Assembly: GCA_903864265.1 (NCBI GenBank)
Contig: CAIPFN010000157.1
Location: 687 to 64,686, forward strand
Length of the DNA stretch: 64,000 nucleotides
From: an uncultured Bacteroidales bacterium
GTDB lineage: Bacteria > Bacteroidota > Bacteroidia > Bacteroidales > UBA4417
Reading direction: 5' to 3'
The position numbers and the translations under genes are program-made. The notes beneath the pieces were generated by a model. The model searched no databases. It was not told where the DNA came from and saw only the letters and a program-made list of their open reading frames with translations. Of the stretch, positions 35,503 through 45,322 are shown piece by piece. How positions within the stretch are numbered: the first letter of the stretch is position 1; each line of letters starts with the position of its first letter.

Positions 35503-35801
35503 AAGGGAAGCAGATGGTATTGAGCTCCTTGTTTCTGCATAACATGGCGTAGGACGACATTTCGTATAGTAGCTTAAGTGATGCAGGAAGTCCCCGGGTG
35601 GCGGCTAAGCGACTCAGCTGGTCAATGGTTAGGATGCTCAAATATACGCTTTTCTGTTGACCTGAATCCAAAAACTGGAATGGATGGAGTGCTGTTACAG
35701 GCAGTTTATTGCTTTTTCGTTTATAAAATTTCTGCAATCATTTACCAGCCTGTATTGCCGGTAATCATGGATTTATAAAGGGAAGACTGCTCATACAAAG
35801 A

Positions 35802-35830
35802 AAAACCCTGTAAGAAGGTTACAGGGTTTT
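35802..35830. terminator. 12-bp perfect hairpin terminator downstream of yqeY (usable in both directions)
   Basis: AAAACCCTGTAA-gaagg-TTACAGGGTTTT. A/T runs on both flanks supply a U tract on either strand. It lies 31 nt past the yqeY stop. Confidence 0.7.
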
Positions 35831-35860
35831 CGATTAGAGTAATCCAAAGAAATATTTAGT

Positions 35861-36313
35861 CTAGGGTAGTAGTTTTTTGACAATCTCCGAAATGGTTTTA
35901 TTATCGGCTTTGCCGGCAACCAGTTTGCTGGCCAACCCCATAACTTTACCTAAATCCTTGATGCTGGATGCACCGGTGTCGGCAATTACTTTGCGGATTA
36001 TAGCAGTCAGCTCTTCTTCGTCCATTTGTTCGGGCAGGTATTTTTCGATAATGGAAGCCTGGAATATTTCAGGTTCAGCCAGATCCGGACGCCCCTGGGC
36101 CGTGTATATTTCGGCACTCTCACGGCGTTGTTTCACCAGGCGCTGTAACATTTTTAACTCAACAGTGTCGGGGATAATACCGCCTGTAACATCTTTCCCG
36201 GTTTTTTCGAGCAGTAAAGCCGCTTTAATCGATCGCAAGGCTTCGAGCTTTTCCTTATCCTTATTGATCATTGCCTGCTTTATATCTTCATTGATAAGCT
36301 TTTCCAGTTCCAT
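35861..36313 (-). CDS. yqeY: GatB/YqeY domain protein
   Basis: MELEKLINEDIKQAMINKDKEKLEALRSIKAALLLEK... and C-terminal ..GKVMGLASKLVAGKADNKTISEIVKKLL fit the YqeY family pattern. Confidence 0.85.
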   Translation of the reverse strand: MELEKLINEDIKQAMINKDKEKLEALRSIKAALLLEKTGKDVTGGIIPDTVELKMLQRLVKQRRESAEIYTAQGRPDLAEPEIFQASIIEKYLPEQMDEEELTAIIRKVIADTGASSIKDLGKVMGLASKLVAGKADNKTISEIVKKLLP

Positions 36314-36534
36314 GGGCTGTTTGTATTAATCGACTGATTTATTGCTATAATCGATTCTATTGTAAATTCTTAAATTCTATTATTATTGGCTAAGCAAGTT
36401 TCCTGAAAACAATATTGTTTCAGCTGGCCCGAGGCGTACATATTCCGCTTTTTTACCTGCACCTGTTCAGCTTTTCTCATCTTCACGAATAAGTAAAACA
36501 TAATCAGGGCAGGAGCGAATAAGTTCCACCCTAC

Positions 36535-38097
36535 TTAGTCTACGTTATCGTGCAGGAATGAGTTATTCTCTCTCAGGCCGGTCCTGTTGTTGATGTCCGT
36601 TCCCAGTGTATAGCGTGAAACCTGGCTGTCATTCAACTGGCTGGAATCAGGCAGGTCGACATTGCGACGCATATAGGCCGGAACCCGCTCCATTTCTTCC
36701 ATATTGGATTCACTCATGGGCTTATGACTCAGGCCCCGGAGCTTGCTTACACGGTCCTGGCGCTGATCTTCCTGTTCAACATTCTGTTTGTTGATGGTAG
36801 GTTGAATAAACACAGGTGCTTTGGGTTCGGCTTTCATTATCGGATTCACAATTTCGAATTCCGGTTCCTGGTGGAAGAATGATTTTATTTCAACCGGTTC
36901 GGGTTTCTGTACACTTTTCTCAGCTGCCTGCTCTGTTTTTTCCATGGCAGTTTCATTGAAAAGTGTCATATGTGCATTGCTTACAGATACTTCGGGGCTG
37001 ATCCTGACAGGCTCTTCCATGTTTTTTATCGCTTGCAGGGGCTCAACCAGGCGTACTTCCGTAAAAGGTTCCACCTTTACTGGCTGAGGGGCATACAAGG
37101 TGTTTTTAACTTCATCAAGGTTGTACTTGGTGACCACGGGTTTGTTAAAGCCTGTAGCAATAAGTGTTATGGAGATTTCATCATCAAGGTTGTCGTCAAC
37201 TCCGTCGCCCCATATCACGTTGGCATCTTCACCAGTGCGTGAAGTTATATATCCGGTGATATCATGGAGTTCTTCGAGGGAAATTTCATTTTTACCTGAG
37301 GTAATGTAAAGCAATACATTTGATGCACCAACAATATCAGTATCGTCGAGTAAGGGTGAGTTTAAAGCCATTTCAACGGCTTTAACGGCGCGATCGGGTC
37401 CGTTGGCTATACCGGCGCCCATGATGGCTTTCCCGCTTCCCTGCATGACCGTTTTCACATCTTCGAAGTCGACATTGATACGGCCTGTAACTGTAATGAT
37501 TTCAGCAATGCCTTTGGCGGCAATAGCCAATACATTATCCGCTTTGCCAAAGGCCTGGCTGAGTTTCATGTCGCCCTGCATGTCCAGTAATTTATCGTTG
37601 CAGATGATCAGCGTGGTGTCGACATATTTCTTCAGTTCTTCAATTCCCGCATTGGCTTGTATTTCGCGTTTGCGTCCTTCGAAACTAAAAGGTTTGGTGA
37701 TGATACCAACTGTTAATATCCCCATCTCCCGTGCAATCTGTGCGATGATGGGAGCGGCACCTGTTCCGGTTCCGCCGCCCATTCCTGCTGTGATAAATAA
37801 CATGGAGGTGTTATGGGAAATGAGTTCCCGTATTTCGTCAGCAATCTGTATAGCTGCATCGCGCCCTACCGAAGGGTTGGCTCCGGCACCTAAACCGGTG
37901 CTCCCCAGCCTTATTTTATTGGGCACGTCGCACTTATTAAGTGATTGAGCATCAGTATTGCAGATATAGAAATCAACACCTTTGATGCCTTGCTTATGCA
38001 TATAGGCTACGGCATTGCTGCCCCCGCCCCCTACGCCTATTACCTTTATGATTGGAGCCTGTTCATCAGGCTGATCGAATTTTAACATGTCAGTCAT
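36535..38097 (-). CDS. ftsZ: cell division protein FtsZ (520 aa, long C-terminal linker and tail)
   Basis: IKVIGVGGGGSNAV and the tubulin signature GMGGGTGTGAAP are present. It is the terminal gene of the dcw cluster. Confidence 0.97.
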   Translation of the reverse strand: MTDMLKFDQPDEQAPIIKVIGVGGGGSNAVAYMHKQGIKGVDFYICNTDAQSLNKCDVPNKIRLGSTGLGAGANPSVGRDAAIQIADEIRELISHNTSMLFITAGMGGGTGTGAAPIIAQIAREMGILTVGIITKPFSFEGRKREIQANAGIEELKKYVDTTLIICNDKLLDMQGDMKLSQAFGKADNVLAIAAKGIAEIITVTGRINVDFEDVKTVMQGSGKAIMGAGIANGPDRAVKAVEMALNSPLLDDTDIVGASNVLLYITSGKNEISLEELHDITGYITSRTGEDANVIWGDGVDDNLDDEISITLIATGFNKPVVTKYNLDEVKNTLYAPQPVKVEPFTEVRLVEPLQAIKNMEEPVRISPEVSVSNAHMTLFNETAMEKTEQAAEKSVQKPEPVEIKSFFHQEPEFEIVNPIMKAEPKAPVFIQPTINKQNVEQEDQRQDRVSKLRGLSHKPMSESNMEEMERVPAYMRRNVDLPDSSQLNDSQVSRYTLGTDINNRTGLRENNSFLHDNVD

Positions 38098-38180
38098 TTT
38101 TCTCCCCCTAAAATTAATTGTTATATAATCCTGAACCTTTTAGTTACTCAAGTTTTTACTAACAAAATGATTGTTAATTA

Positions 38181-39458
38181 TTAACTTATTCCATCCTTGA
38201 AAAAACGGTCGAACCATTCGGTAACGATGTTGTGTTTGGCTACGGCTGGTTTTTCTTCCGGGATGGTTTCTTCCGGTATGGAAGCGCCATTTTTAAAGCG
38301 TGAAACGTCCGCACGTTGCATGCCCATTAGCACAAGGCCAAGTCCGGTGGAATACATAGGGCTGGTCATTTCATCGGCCGAATTGCTGGCAAGATGTTCA
38401 TTGGGGAACCCGATGCGGGTATCCATGCCTGTGATAAACTGGGTTAATTGCTCAATATGCTTAAGCATAGCCCCGCCTCCTGTTAATACAATTCCGGCAA
38501 TCAGGCGTTTCTCGAGTCCTGTGCTTTTAATTTCCTGGTATACCGCTTCAATGATTTCCTCCATGCGGGCCTGAATGATTTTAGCCAGGTTTTTCAGGGT
38601 AATTTCTTTCGGTGCTCTTCCTCTTAAGCCTGGGATGGCTACAACTTCTTCGGCACGGTTTTCACTTGCCAGGGCTGAACCAAATTTTACCTTTAAGTCT
38701 TCAGCATGCTTTTTAATGATGCTGCACCCGGCCTTAATATCTTCGGTAATAATTTCGCCTCCGAATGGAATTACAGCGGTATGCCGTATCACTCCATCGA
38801 GAAAGATGGCTACATCCGTTGTTCCTCCTCCTATATCAACCAGTACCACTCCGGCTTCTTTTTCATCATTGCTCAACACAGCTTCAGCCGATGCCAGGGG
38901 CTGCAGTATCATGTGTTGCATGTTATAGCCTGATTTTGCAATACATTTTAAGATATTCTGGGCAGCCGAAGTTTGGGCTGTAATAATATGAAAGCTGGCT
39001 CCCATCTGGTGCCCAAGCATGCCCTTCGGGTCTTTCACGCCACCTTCGCCGTCGATAATAAATTCCTGCGGCAGAACGTCAATGATTTTTTCACCCGGAT
39101 TCATGGCAATGTTGTAAATGCTGGAGATAAACCGGTCGATATCTTCCTGGCTGATCTCAGTTTCGGGATTATGCCTGATGGTGCTGGCCCGGTGCTGTAT
39201 ACTGCGGATATGCTGCCCGGCTATGCCTACATTTACAGTCCGTATGGTTACTTTGGAGTTAGCCTCGGCTTGTTTTATGGCGGTTTGAATGGAGTTAACG
39301 GTGTTTTCGATATTGGTAATAACTCCGCGGCGAACGCCTATGGATTCGGTATGGCCATACCCTAAAACCTCAATCTTGCCGAATTCATTGCGGCGTCCCG
39401 CAATAGCAGCAATTTTGGTGGTTCCAATATCTAATCCGACTACGATTTCAGTTTGCAT
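38181..39458 (-). CDS. ftsA: cell division protein FtsA
   Basis: Actin-like ATPase motifs VGLDIGTTKIAAI and VLVDIGGGTTDVAIF. The C-terminus is an amphipathic helix (..NIVTEWFDRFFKDGIS). It sits between ftsQ and ftsZ. Confidence 0.95.
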   Translation of the reverse strand: MQTEIVVGLDIGTTKIAAIAGRRNEFGKIEVLGYGHTESIGVRRGVITNIENTVNSIQTAIKQAEANSKVTIRTVNVGIAGQHIRSIQHRASTIRHNPETEISQEDIDRFISSIYNIAMNPGEKIIDVLPQEFIIDGEGGVKDPKGMLGHQMGASFHIITAQTSAAQNILKCIAKSGYNMQHMILQPLASAEAVLSNDEKEAGVVLVDIGGGTTDVAIFLDGVIRHTAVIPFGGEIITEDIKAGCSIIKKHAEDLKVKFGSALASENRAEEVVAIPGLRGRAPKEITLKNLAKIIQARMEEIIEAVYQEIKSTGLEKRLIAGIVLTGGGAMLKHIEQLTQFITGMDTRIGFPNEHLASNSADEMTSPMYSTGLGLVLMGMQRADVSRFKNGASIPEETIPEEKPAVAKHNIVTEWFDRFFKDGIS

Positions 39459-39468
39459 AGTTTTATAT

Positions 39469-40269
39469 TTATTTTGTGCACACTATTTGATTTTTATATT
39501 CAAGATTTAATTTCCCGTATTTGTTCCAGCCGGTTTTCACAAGACCGAATTCATAGAAACACTTCAGGTTTTCGAGTTTTTCGGCGGCATCGGTGGTGTC
39601 GCCTAAATATACTATGTGTGAGCCTGCTTTTGTAACCAGTTGGATGTTCCCGCTGGGTATAATGTATACCTGCTCGATAAGCGCTTTGAGTGTACTGTCG
39701 GATGTGATAATACGGGCCAGCAGATGAAGGTTATAAAGGCTTTTTAAGCGGGAGCGCAGCAGCAGGTTTGAGTCGGGAACAGAAAATATGTTCATGCCAT
39801 CATTCAAAGGGCTTTCAATAAAGCCTGTCGCAATCAGAACTTTATAGGGATACTGGAGGTGAACCGGCATAATACAACCTTCCTGGTCAATATAGTGCTG
39901 TTGGCCGGAAGGAGTGAAGTACCGGATTAAAGGAACGCGTTGATCGGCTTTTATCAGTATGTCTCCTTCTACAGTAAGCAATACGTCAGTGTTTACAAGA
40001 TATGGATTATGGCGTATAATGGCTTTCATACCGGCAATGTCGACGGTGCCAATGGTATTTAATTGAGGCTTCCCGAATTTTTTGGTGATATCGGAAATCA
40101 GGTCGTTGCTGCTCAGTAAAGGCTGAATTCCTTTATAATCAATCCTGCAGGTAATGCTTCGGCATTGTTTTATATCATGTGTGGCATTGGCATAGCCCAT
40201 CATTACCACAACGCCTGCTGCTATGGCTATCCATAAAGTGATGAGCAATATTTTTACCAGGATTTTCAT
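39469..40269 (-). CDS. ftsQ: cell division protein FtsQ
   Basis: N-terminal TM anchor (ILVKILLITLWIAIAAGVVVMMGY) followed by a POTRA-like region. The position between murC and ftsA is conserved. It overlaps murC by 4 nt. Confidence 0.8.
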   Translation of the reverse strand: MKILVKILLITLWIAIAAGVVVMMGYANATHDIKQCRSITCRIDYKGIQPLLSSNDLISDITKKFGKPQLNTIGTVDIAGMKAIIRHNPYLVNTDVLLTVEGDILIKADQRVPLIRYFTPSGQQHYIDQEGCIMPVHLQYPYKVLIATGFIESPLNDGMNIFSVPDSNLLLRSRLKSLYNLHLLARIITSDSTLKALIEQVYIIPSGNIQLVTKAGSHIVYLGDTTDAAEKLENLKCFYEFGLVKTGWNKYGKLNLEYKNQIVCTK

Positions 40270-41645
40270 GAGGGTTTGCTGTTTTTGTTCCTGAAATACT
40301 GCTCCAGCGGATCCACCAGGGTATCAATATCGCCTGCTCCCATGGTAAGAAGAACCTCAATATTCTTGTCAGCCAAACAGCCGGGAAGGTCCTCTTTCTG
40401 AACCAGGTGTTTAGTGCTGTGGTCCATCAGCGAAAGAAGCATTAGTGAATCGATACCGGCAATGGGTTGTTCCCTGGCCGGGTATATCGGCAGCAGTAAA
40501 ACTTCGTCGAGCAGGGAAAGACTTTTTGCAAAATCGGCCGCAAAGTCGCGGGTGCGTGAAAACAGATGAGGCTGAAAGATGCCGGTGAGTCTTCGTCCGG
40601 GAAACATAGCCCTGGCCGAGCTGATACAAGCCTTTATCTCTTCCGGATGATGAGCGTAATCGTCGATATATACCTGGTTGTTTCCCTGGAAACGTATATC
40701 GAACCTGCGCTTCACGCCTTTGAACGATGCAAGGCCCTTACTTAATTCTTCGGGTGTCACCCCTGCGAGTATGGCTGCTGCCAGGGCGGCTACTGCATTC
40801 TCTACATTATACAAGCCTGGAATACCGAGAACCAGGTTGTTGATTTTTCCGTTGGGGTAATTGAAGTCGAAATGATACAGGCCCTTTTCGAGACTCAGGC
40901 CACTAGCGTAAAAGTCAGCTTCCTGCTCTACCGCATAGGAATATTCATTACAGCCTGCAGCTAATTGTAAGGGTAAATTCAGGCCTTTTTTAATAATCAA
41001 TGAGCCCTGTTGTACAATATTGCCGGCGAAACTGCTGAACGCTTCCTCAATGGCCAGGTGGTTTCCGTAAATATCGAGATGGTCCGAATCGATGCTGGTA
41101 ATGATGGCTATGTAGGGATGCAAATGAAGAAAAGACCTATCGTATTCGTCGGCTTCCACTACCATAAACGGAGATGTTTCGGAAATAAGCAGGTTGTTGT
41201 CGAAATTCCTTGATATGCCTCCCAGAAAAGCCTGGCAGCCGATCAACGATTCATGCATCAGGTGCGAAACCATGGCGGAAGTGGTTGTTTTGCCATGGGT
41301 GCCGGCACAGGCTATAGTTTTGTATTCTGATGAGAGCATGCCTAATACTTCGGCTCGCTTCATCATCCGTATGCCGCTATGTTGAAGATACACGAATTCG
41401 ATGTTTGTAGCCGGAATTGCCGGGGTGTAAATGACCAATCCGGTTTCGGCCGGGATCAGGGACGGATCGGGATGGTAATGAATGATCATTCCTTCCTTTT
41501 CAAGTGCCACAGTGAGATCAGTGGATGTGCGGTCATATCCGTTCACCTGGTAGCCTTTGGCTATAAAATACCGCGCCAGCGCACTCATGCCGATGCCCCC
41601 GATGCCGAGGAAGTAAATAATATGTTCTTTTATTCTCAATGACAT
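40266..41645 (-). CDS. murC: UDP-N-acetylmuramate--L-alanine ligase
   Basis: The N-terminus is YFLGIGGIGMSALARYF. The Mur ligase P-loop GTHGKTTTSAM is present. dcw context. Confidence 0.95.
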   Translation of the reverse strand: MSLRIKEHIIYFLGIGGIGMSALARYFIAKGYQVNGYDRTSTDLTVALEKEGMIIHYHPDPSLIPAETGLVIYTPAIPATNIEFVYLQHSGIRMMKRAEVLGMLSSEYKTIACAGTHGKTTTSAMVSHLMHESLIGCQAFLGGISRNFDNNLLISETSPFMVVEADEYDRSFLHLHPYIAIITSIDSDHLDIYGNHLAIEEAFSSFAGNIVQQGSLIIKKGLNLPLQLAAGCNEYSYAVEQEADFYASGLSLEKGLYHFDFNYPNGKINNLVLGIPGLYNVENAVAALAAAILAGVTPEELSKGLASFKGVKRRFDIRFQGNNQVYIDDYAHHPEEIKACISSARAMFPGRRLTGIFQPHLFSRTRDFAADFAKSLSLLDEVLLLPIYPAREQPIAGIDSLMLLSLMDHSTKHLVQKEDLPGCLADKNIEVLLTMGAGDIDTLVDPLEQYFRNKNSKPS

Positions 41646-41661
41646 GACTGTGGTGGGGTTA

Positions 41662-42780
41662 TTATTGTTTTTTCAATGCAAGTTCAAAGACTTGTCCGGC
41701 TATAATGCCTGCCGAATTATGCATGGACAGTGCGCTGATGTTCGTACTTAATTCTTTCTGCCGGGCCGTATCTTTTGATAATGCAATTATCGCTTTTACC
41801 AGGCTATCCGGTGCATCTGCATCCTTAACCAGCACAGCTGCTCCCCGGTTTGAGAGTACAAGTGCATTTTTGGTTTGATGGTCTTCGGCTACATTCGGAG
41901 AGGGGACGAGAATGGTTGGCTTGCCGCTGATACAGAGTTCCGAAATAGCTATGGCTCCTGCACGGGAAATCACGATGTCAGCGACAGCATAAGCCTGATC
42001 CATTTCTTTGATAAATGGGAAGGTTATCATCCCTTTTCCCTGGTATGAATTGAGTGCCAGGGCGGCCTGCCCGGAATAATGTTTTCCGGTTTGCCATATC
42101 AGTTGTATGTTGGCTCCTGCCAGGCTTTCGAGTCCGGTATGTATACTTAGGTTGATGGTACGGGCACCCAGGCTTCCACCCACTACCAGCAGGGTTATCT
42201 TGTTTTCGGGGAGGTTAAAATGACGCAACGCGGCATCTCGTGAAATGGTATTAAACTCAATATCATTCCTGACCGGGTTGCCGGTGAACTTGATTTTTGA
42301 TACAGGAAAGAATTTTTCCATATCAGGGTATGCCACGCATATGCAGTCGGCCCTCGACGCCAGCATTTTGTTTGTGATACCGGGAAATGAATTTTGTTCC
42401 TGTATAAGGGTAGGGATGCCCAGCCAGGAAGCCATACGCAGTGTTGGCCCTGAAGCATACCCTCCGGTACCCACCACTACGTCAGGACGGAACGACTTTA
42501 TGATTTTTCGGGCATGGTACAAACTGGATACTACTTTGAACGGGAACAACAGGTTGTCAGTGGTAAGCCTGCGCTGCAGCCCGCTGATCCACAACCCTTT
42601 AATAGGATAGCCTGCCGAGGGAACCTTCTCCATTTCCATACGACCCAGAGCTCCAACAAACAAAATATCAGCCGTTGGTGCTGCCGCTTTTATGGCGTTG
42701 GCAATGGCAACTGCCGGGAATATATGCCCGCCTGTGCCGCCTCCGCTGAGGATTACCTTCAAGTTGTCAGACTGTTGCAT
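41662..42780 (-). CDS. murG: undecaprenyldiphospho-muramoylpentapeptide beta-N-acetylglucosaminyltransferase
   Basis: SGGGTGGHIFPAVAIA motif and dcw context. It overlaps ftsW by 14 nt. Confidence 0.95.
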   Translation of the reverse strand: MQQSDNLKVILSGGGTGGHIFPAVAIANAIKAAAPTADILFVGALGRMEMEKVPSAGYPIKGLWISGLQRRLTTDNLLFPFKVVSSLYHARKIIKSFRPDVVVGTGGYASGPTLRMASWLGIPTLIQEQNSFPGITNKMLASRADCICVAYPDMEKFFPVSKIKFTGNPVRNDIEFNTISRDAALRHFNLPENKITLLVVGGSLGARTINLSIHTGLESLAGANIQLIWQTGKHYSGQAALALNSYQGKGMITFPFIKEMDQAYAVADIVISRAGAIAISELCISGKPTILVPSPNVAEDHQTKNALVLSNRGAAVLVKDADAPDSLVKAIIALSKDTARQKELSTNISALSMHNSAGIIAGQVFELALKKQ

Positions 42781-43942
42781 GTTCTGTTTCCGTTATTTCT
42801 TCCGAGGCTTCCTTTTCCTCATCAATTTCTTTGCTCACGCTAAGAATAATTACTATTGCTACACTGGTAAACCATATGCTGGTTCCTCCCATACTTACCA
42901 GGGGCAAGGGCTGGCCGGTTACCGGCACCAGGTGAACCGCTACGGCCATGTTGGCAAAAGCCTGGAATATCAGGCTGATGGTAACACCTATAGCCAGCAA
43001 AGCCCCGAAATTGCCTGGAGCTTTAATCGCTATGCGTATGCCCCTGAATAGCAGTATCATGTACATCAGTATGATGGTAATAGCCCCTATTACTCCATAT
43101 TCCTCAATGATAATGGCAAAAATAAAGTCATTAAAAGGATTGGGTAGAAAATTTTTCTGCATGCTGTTGCCGGGGAGCTTTCCGAAAAAACCTCCGTTGG
43201 CAATCGCAATCTTGGACTGGTCGACCTGGAAATTTTCATCGCTGTCGCCCTTGCCTCCAAAATGCTCAATCCTGTTCTGCCAGGTCCCTAACCTCCCACT
43301 CGATTTGGGGGAGAACATCAGGAAAGTGATGAAAAGCGCCAGGGCTACTATACCTATGCCGGCAAGTGCCAGCAGGTAACGGAATTTTACACCCCCGATA
43401 AACATCAATACAATGCAGGTTACAAAAAGAATGGCTGCTGTGGATAGGTTGGCAGGTAGAATTAGCCCGCAAATCACTAAAACGGGAACCAGTATCGGTA
43501 TAAACGCACTCCGCATGTCCTTTATGTTTTCCTGCTTTTTGGCAAGCATTCGGGCAACATACATGATCAGGGCCAGTTTTGCCAGGTCGGAAGGCTGAAA
43601 CATCATATCGATGCCCGGTAAGGTGGTCCATCGTGCTGCTTCGTTGCGGACTTCGCCGAATACCAGGGTGTATAGAAGTAATGGACCGGCAAACAATACA
43701 ATGGGTAAGGCTATCTGCGAATATAGTTTGTAGTTGATTTTATGTGCCGCATACATGAGTACAAATCCAAAAATAAGAATGCTTAAATGCCTGAGCAGGT
43801 AATGCTCGGTATCGCCATGTTTAAAACGGTAAGCAAGCGTGGTGGTCGAACTGTAAACAGCCAGGACAGAGAACAGGGAGAGTATGATCACAACTCCCCA
43901 TATTACCTTATCTCCACGTATTTTCGGTACTATCTGAATCAT
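42767..43942 (-). CDS. ftsW: SEDS-family peptidoglycan polymerase FtsW
   Basis: Polytopic FtsW/RodA pattern (..FQPSDLAKLALIMY.., ..PLPLVSMGGTS..). It sits between murD and murG. Confidence 0.9.
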   Translation of the reverse strand: MIQIVPKIRGDKVIWGVVIILSLFSVLAVYSSTTTLAYRFKHGDTEHYLLRHLSILIFGFVLMYAAHKINYKLYSQIALPIVLFAGPLLLYTLVFGEVRNEAARWTTLPGIDMMFQPSDLAKLALIMYVARMLAKKQENIKDMRSAFIPILVPVLVICGLILPANLSTAAILFVTCIVLMFIGGVKFRYLLALAGIGIVALALFITFLMFSPKSSGRLGTWQNRIEHFGGKGDSDENFQVDQSKIAIANGGFFGKLPGNSMQKNFLPNPFNDFIFAIIIEEYGVIGAITIILMYMILLFRGIRIAIKAPGNFGALLAIGVTISLIFQAFANMAVAVHLVPVTGQPLPLVSMGGTSIWFTSVAIVIILSVSKEIDEEKEASEEITETEHATV

Positions 43943-43970
43943 TTAGTAGCTTTATTTGTAGGTGGTCGTA

Positions 43971-45311
43971 TTATAAATCCCTGACAGCCTGTTTGAATTT
44001 GTTGCCTCGTTCTTCGTAATTTTCAAAAAGGTCATAACTGGCACAGGCCGGCGAAAGAAGAACGGTATCGCCTTTTTTCCCTATACTGTATGCCGTTAAT
44101 ACCGCCTGCTCAGCCGATTGGGTTTCGTAAATGGCAACTACCTTGTCGGAGAAGAATTCGATGATCTTGGAGTTGTCGACTCCCAGACAAATGATGGCTT
44201 TCACTTTTTGCTCCACCAGTTTTTCCAGTTTAGTATATATATTGCCTTTGTCAACTCCGCCGGCTATCCATATAACGGGTGTTTCGATGGTTTCGAGGGC
44301 ATACCACACACTGTTGACATTGGTAGCTTTCGAGTCGTTAATGAAATCGATTCCATGTATACAAGCCACGTACTCGAGCCTGTGCGGCACATTTTCGAAA
44401 GCACCAAGCGACTGTCGGATACTTTCCTTGCGTACACCAAGCAGGTTTGTAGCTACCGAAGCAGCCATCGAATTGTACACATTGTGTTTGCCTTGTAAGG
44501 CGAGTTCTTCCAGTGTCATGGTAAAAGGGTTGTTATTTGTATTTATTGTTATTTTATTTCCTGAACAGATTGCATTCGCTGAATTATTTCCTGATTGAAA
44601 AGCAGTGGTGAAAATCCGGGCCTTTAAGTCCCGTATCCGCACTCCGGCTGCACTTTCTTCATCATCCAGGCAATAGATAAAGGCATCTTCGGCAGTTTGA
44701 TTTCGGGTAATCCTGAATTTCGAATTGATGTAGTTTTCAAAATTGTATGCATACCGGTCCAGGTGATCAGGGGTGATGTTTGTCAGAATGGCTATGTCGG
44801 CTTTAAAGGAGAACATGCTGTCGAGTTGAAAGGAGCTGATTTCCAATACATACCAGTCGTATTCGTGGGTGGCCACCTGCATTGCGAAACTGTCGCCTAC
44901 ATTTCCGGCTAATCCTACTTTAAAGCCTGCGTTTTTCAATATGTGGTAGATCAGCAGGGTTGTTGTCGTCTTTCCATTAGAGCCGGTGATGCATATCTTA
45001 CGTGCAAGGGTGAAACGGGCAGCAAACTCTATTTCCGATATGACCGGGATCCCTTTAGCCTTGATTTTCTGTACCAAAGGAATGGTAAGTGGTATTCCAG
45101 GGCTGATAATTACCTCATCGGCGTCCAGAATTTCTACTTCTGAATGCCTGCCTTCTTCGAATGCTATTTCATGATGAGAAAGAACGTTTTTGTATTTTTC
45201 TTTAATTGTGCCGGAATCGGATAGCCAAACCCCGAATCCTTGTTTCTTAGCCAGTACTGCCGCTCCTGTTCCGCTTTCACCTGCTCCCAGTATGACTATT
45301 TTTCTGTTCAT
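43971..45311 (-). CDS. murD: UDP-N-acetylmuramoylalanine--D-glutamate ligase
   Basis: ILGAGESGTGAA Rossmann N-terminus and ITGSNGKTTTT P-loop. dcw context. Confidence 0.95.
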   Translation of the reverse strand: MNRKIVILGAGESGTGAAVLAKKQGFGVWLSDSGTIKEKYKNVLSHHEIAFEEGRHSEVEILDADEVIISPGIPLTIPLVQKIKAKGIPVISEIEFAARFTLARKICITGSNGKTTTTLLIYHILKNAGFKVGLAGNVGDSFAMQVATHEYDWYVLEISSFQLDSMFSFKADIAILTNITPDHLDRYAYNFENYINSKFRITRNQTAEDAFIYCLDDEESAAGVRIRDLKARIFTTAFQSGNNSANAICSGNKITINTNNNPFTMTLEELALQGKHNVYNSMAASVATNLLGVRKESIRQSLGAFENVPHRLEYVACIHGIDFINDSKATNVNSVWYALETIETPVIWIAGGVDKGNIYTKLEKLVEQKVKAIICLGVDNSKIIEFFSDKVVAIYETQSAEQAVLTAYSIGKKGDTVLLSPACASYDLFENYEERGNKFKQAVRDL

Positions 45312-45322
45312 TTTCCCGGTTT

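Noticed and set aside
35581-35640. String GCAGGAAGTCCCCGGGTGGCGGC, which resembles the RNase P RNA CR-I motif (GAGGAAAGUCCGGGC); an SRP-RNA-like GUGCUGUUACAGGCAG lies at ~35689-35703
   Set aside because: The available non-coding space (~300 nt) is too short for RNase P RNA, and the other conserved regions are absent. No GNRA-capped helix-8 motif (GGAAGCAGC) for SRP RNA is present on either strand.
35877-36329. 150-aa ORF antisense to yqeY; likewise 37403-37948 (181 aa) antisense to ftsZ and 38197-39365 (several ORFs) antisense to ftsA
   Set aside because: The opposite-strand genes are unambiguous conserved housekeeping genes. The antisense products are Ser/Ile/Ala-rich low-complexity sequences without motifs.
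36403-36423. Near-palindrome CTGAAAACAATATTGTTTCAG between ftsZ and yqeY as the dcw terminator
   Set aside because: The 14-bp AT palindrome has no loop and no following U tract on the minus strand. It could be a protein-binding site, but the evidence is too thin to call it a terminator.
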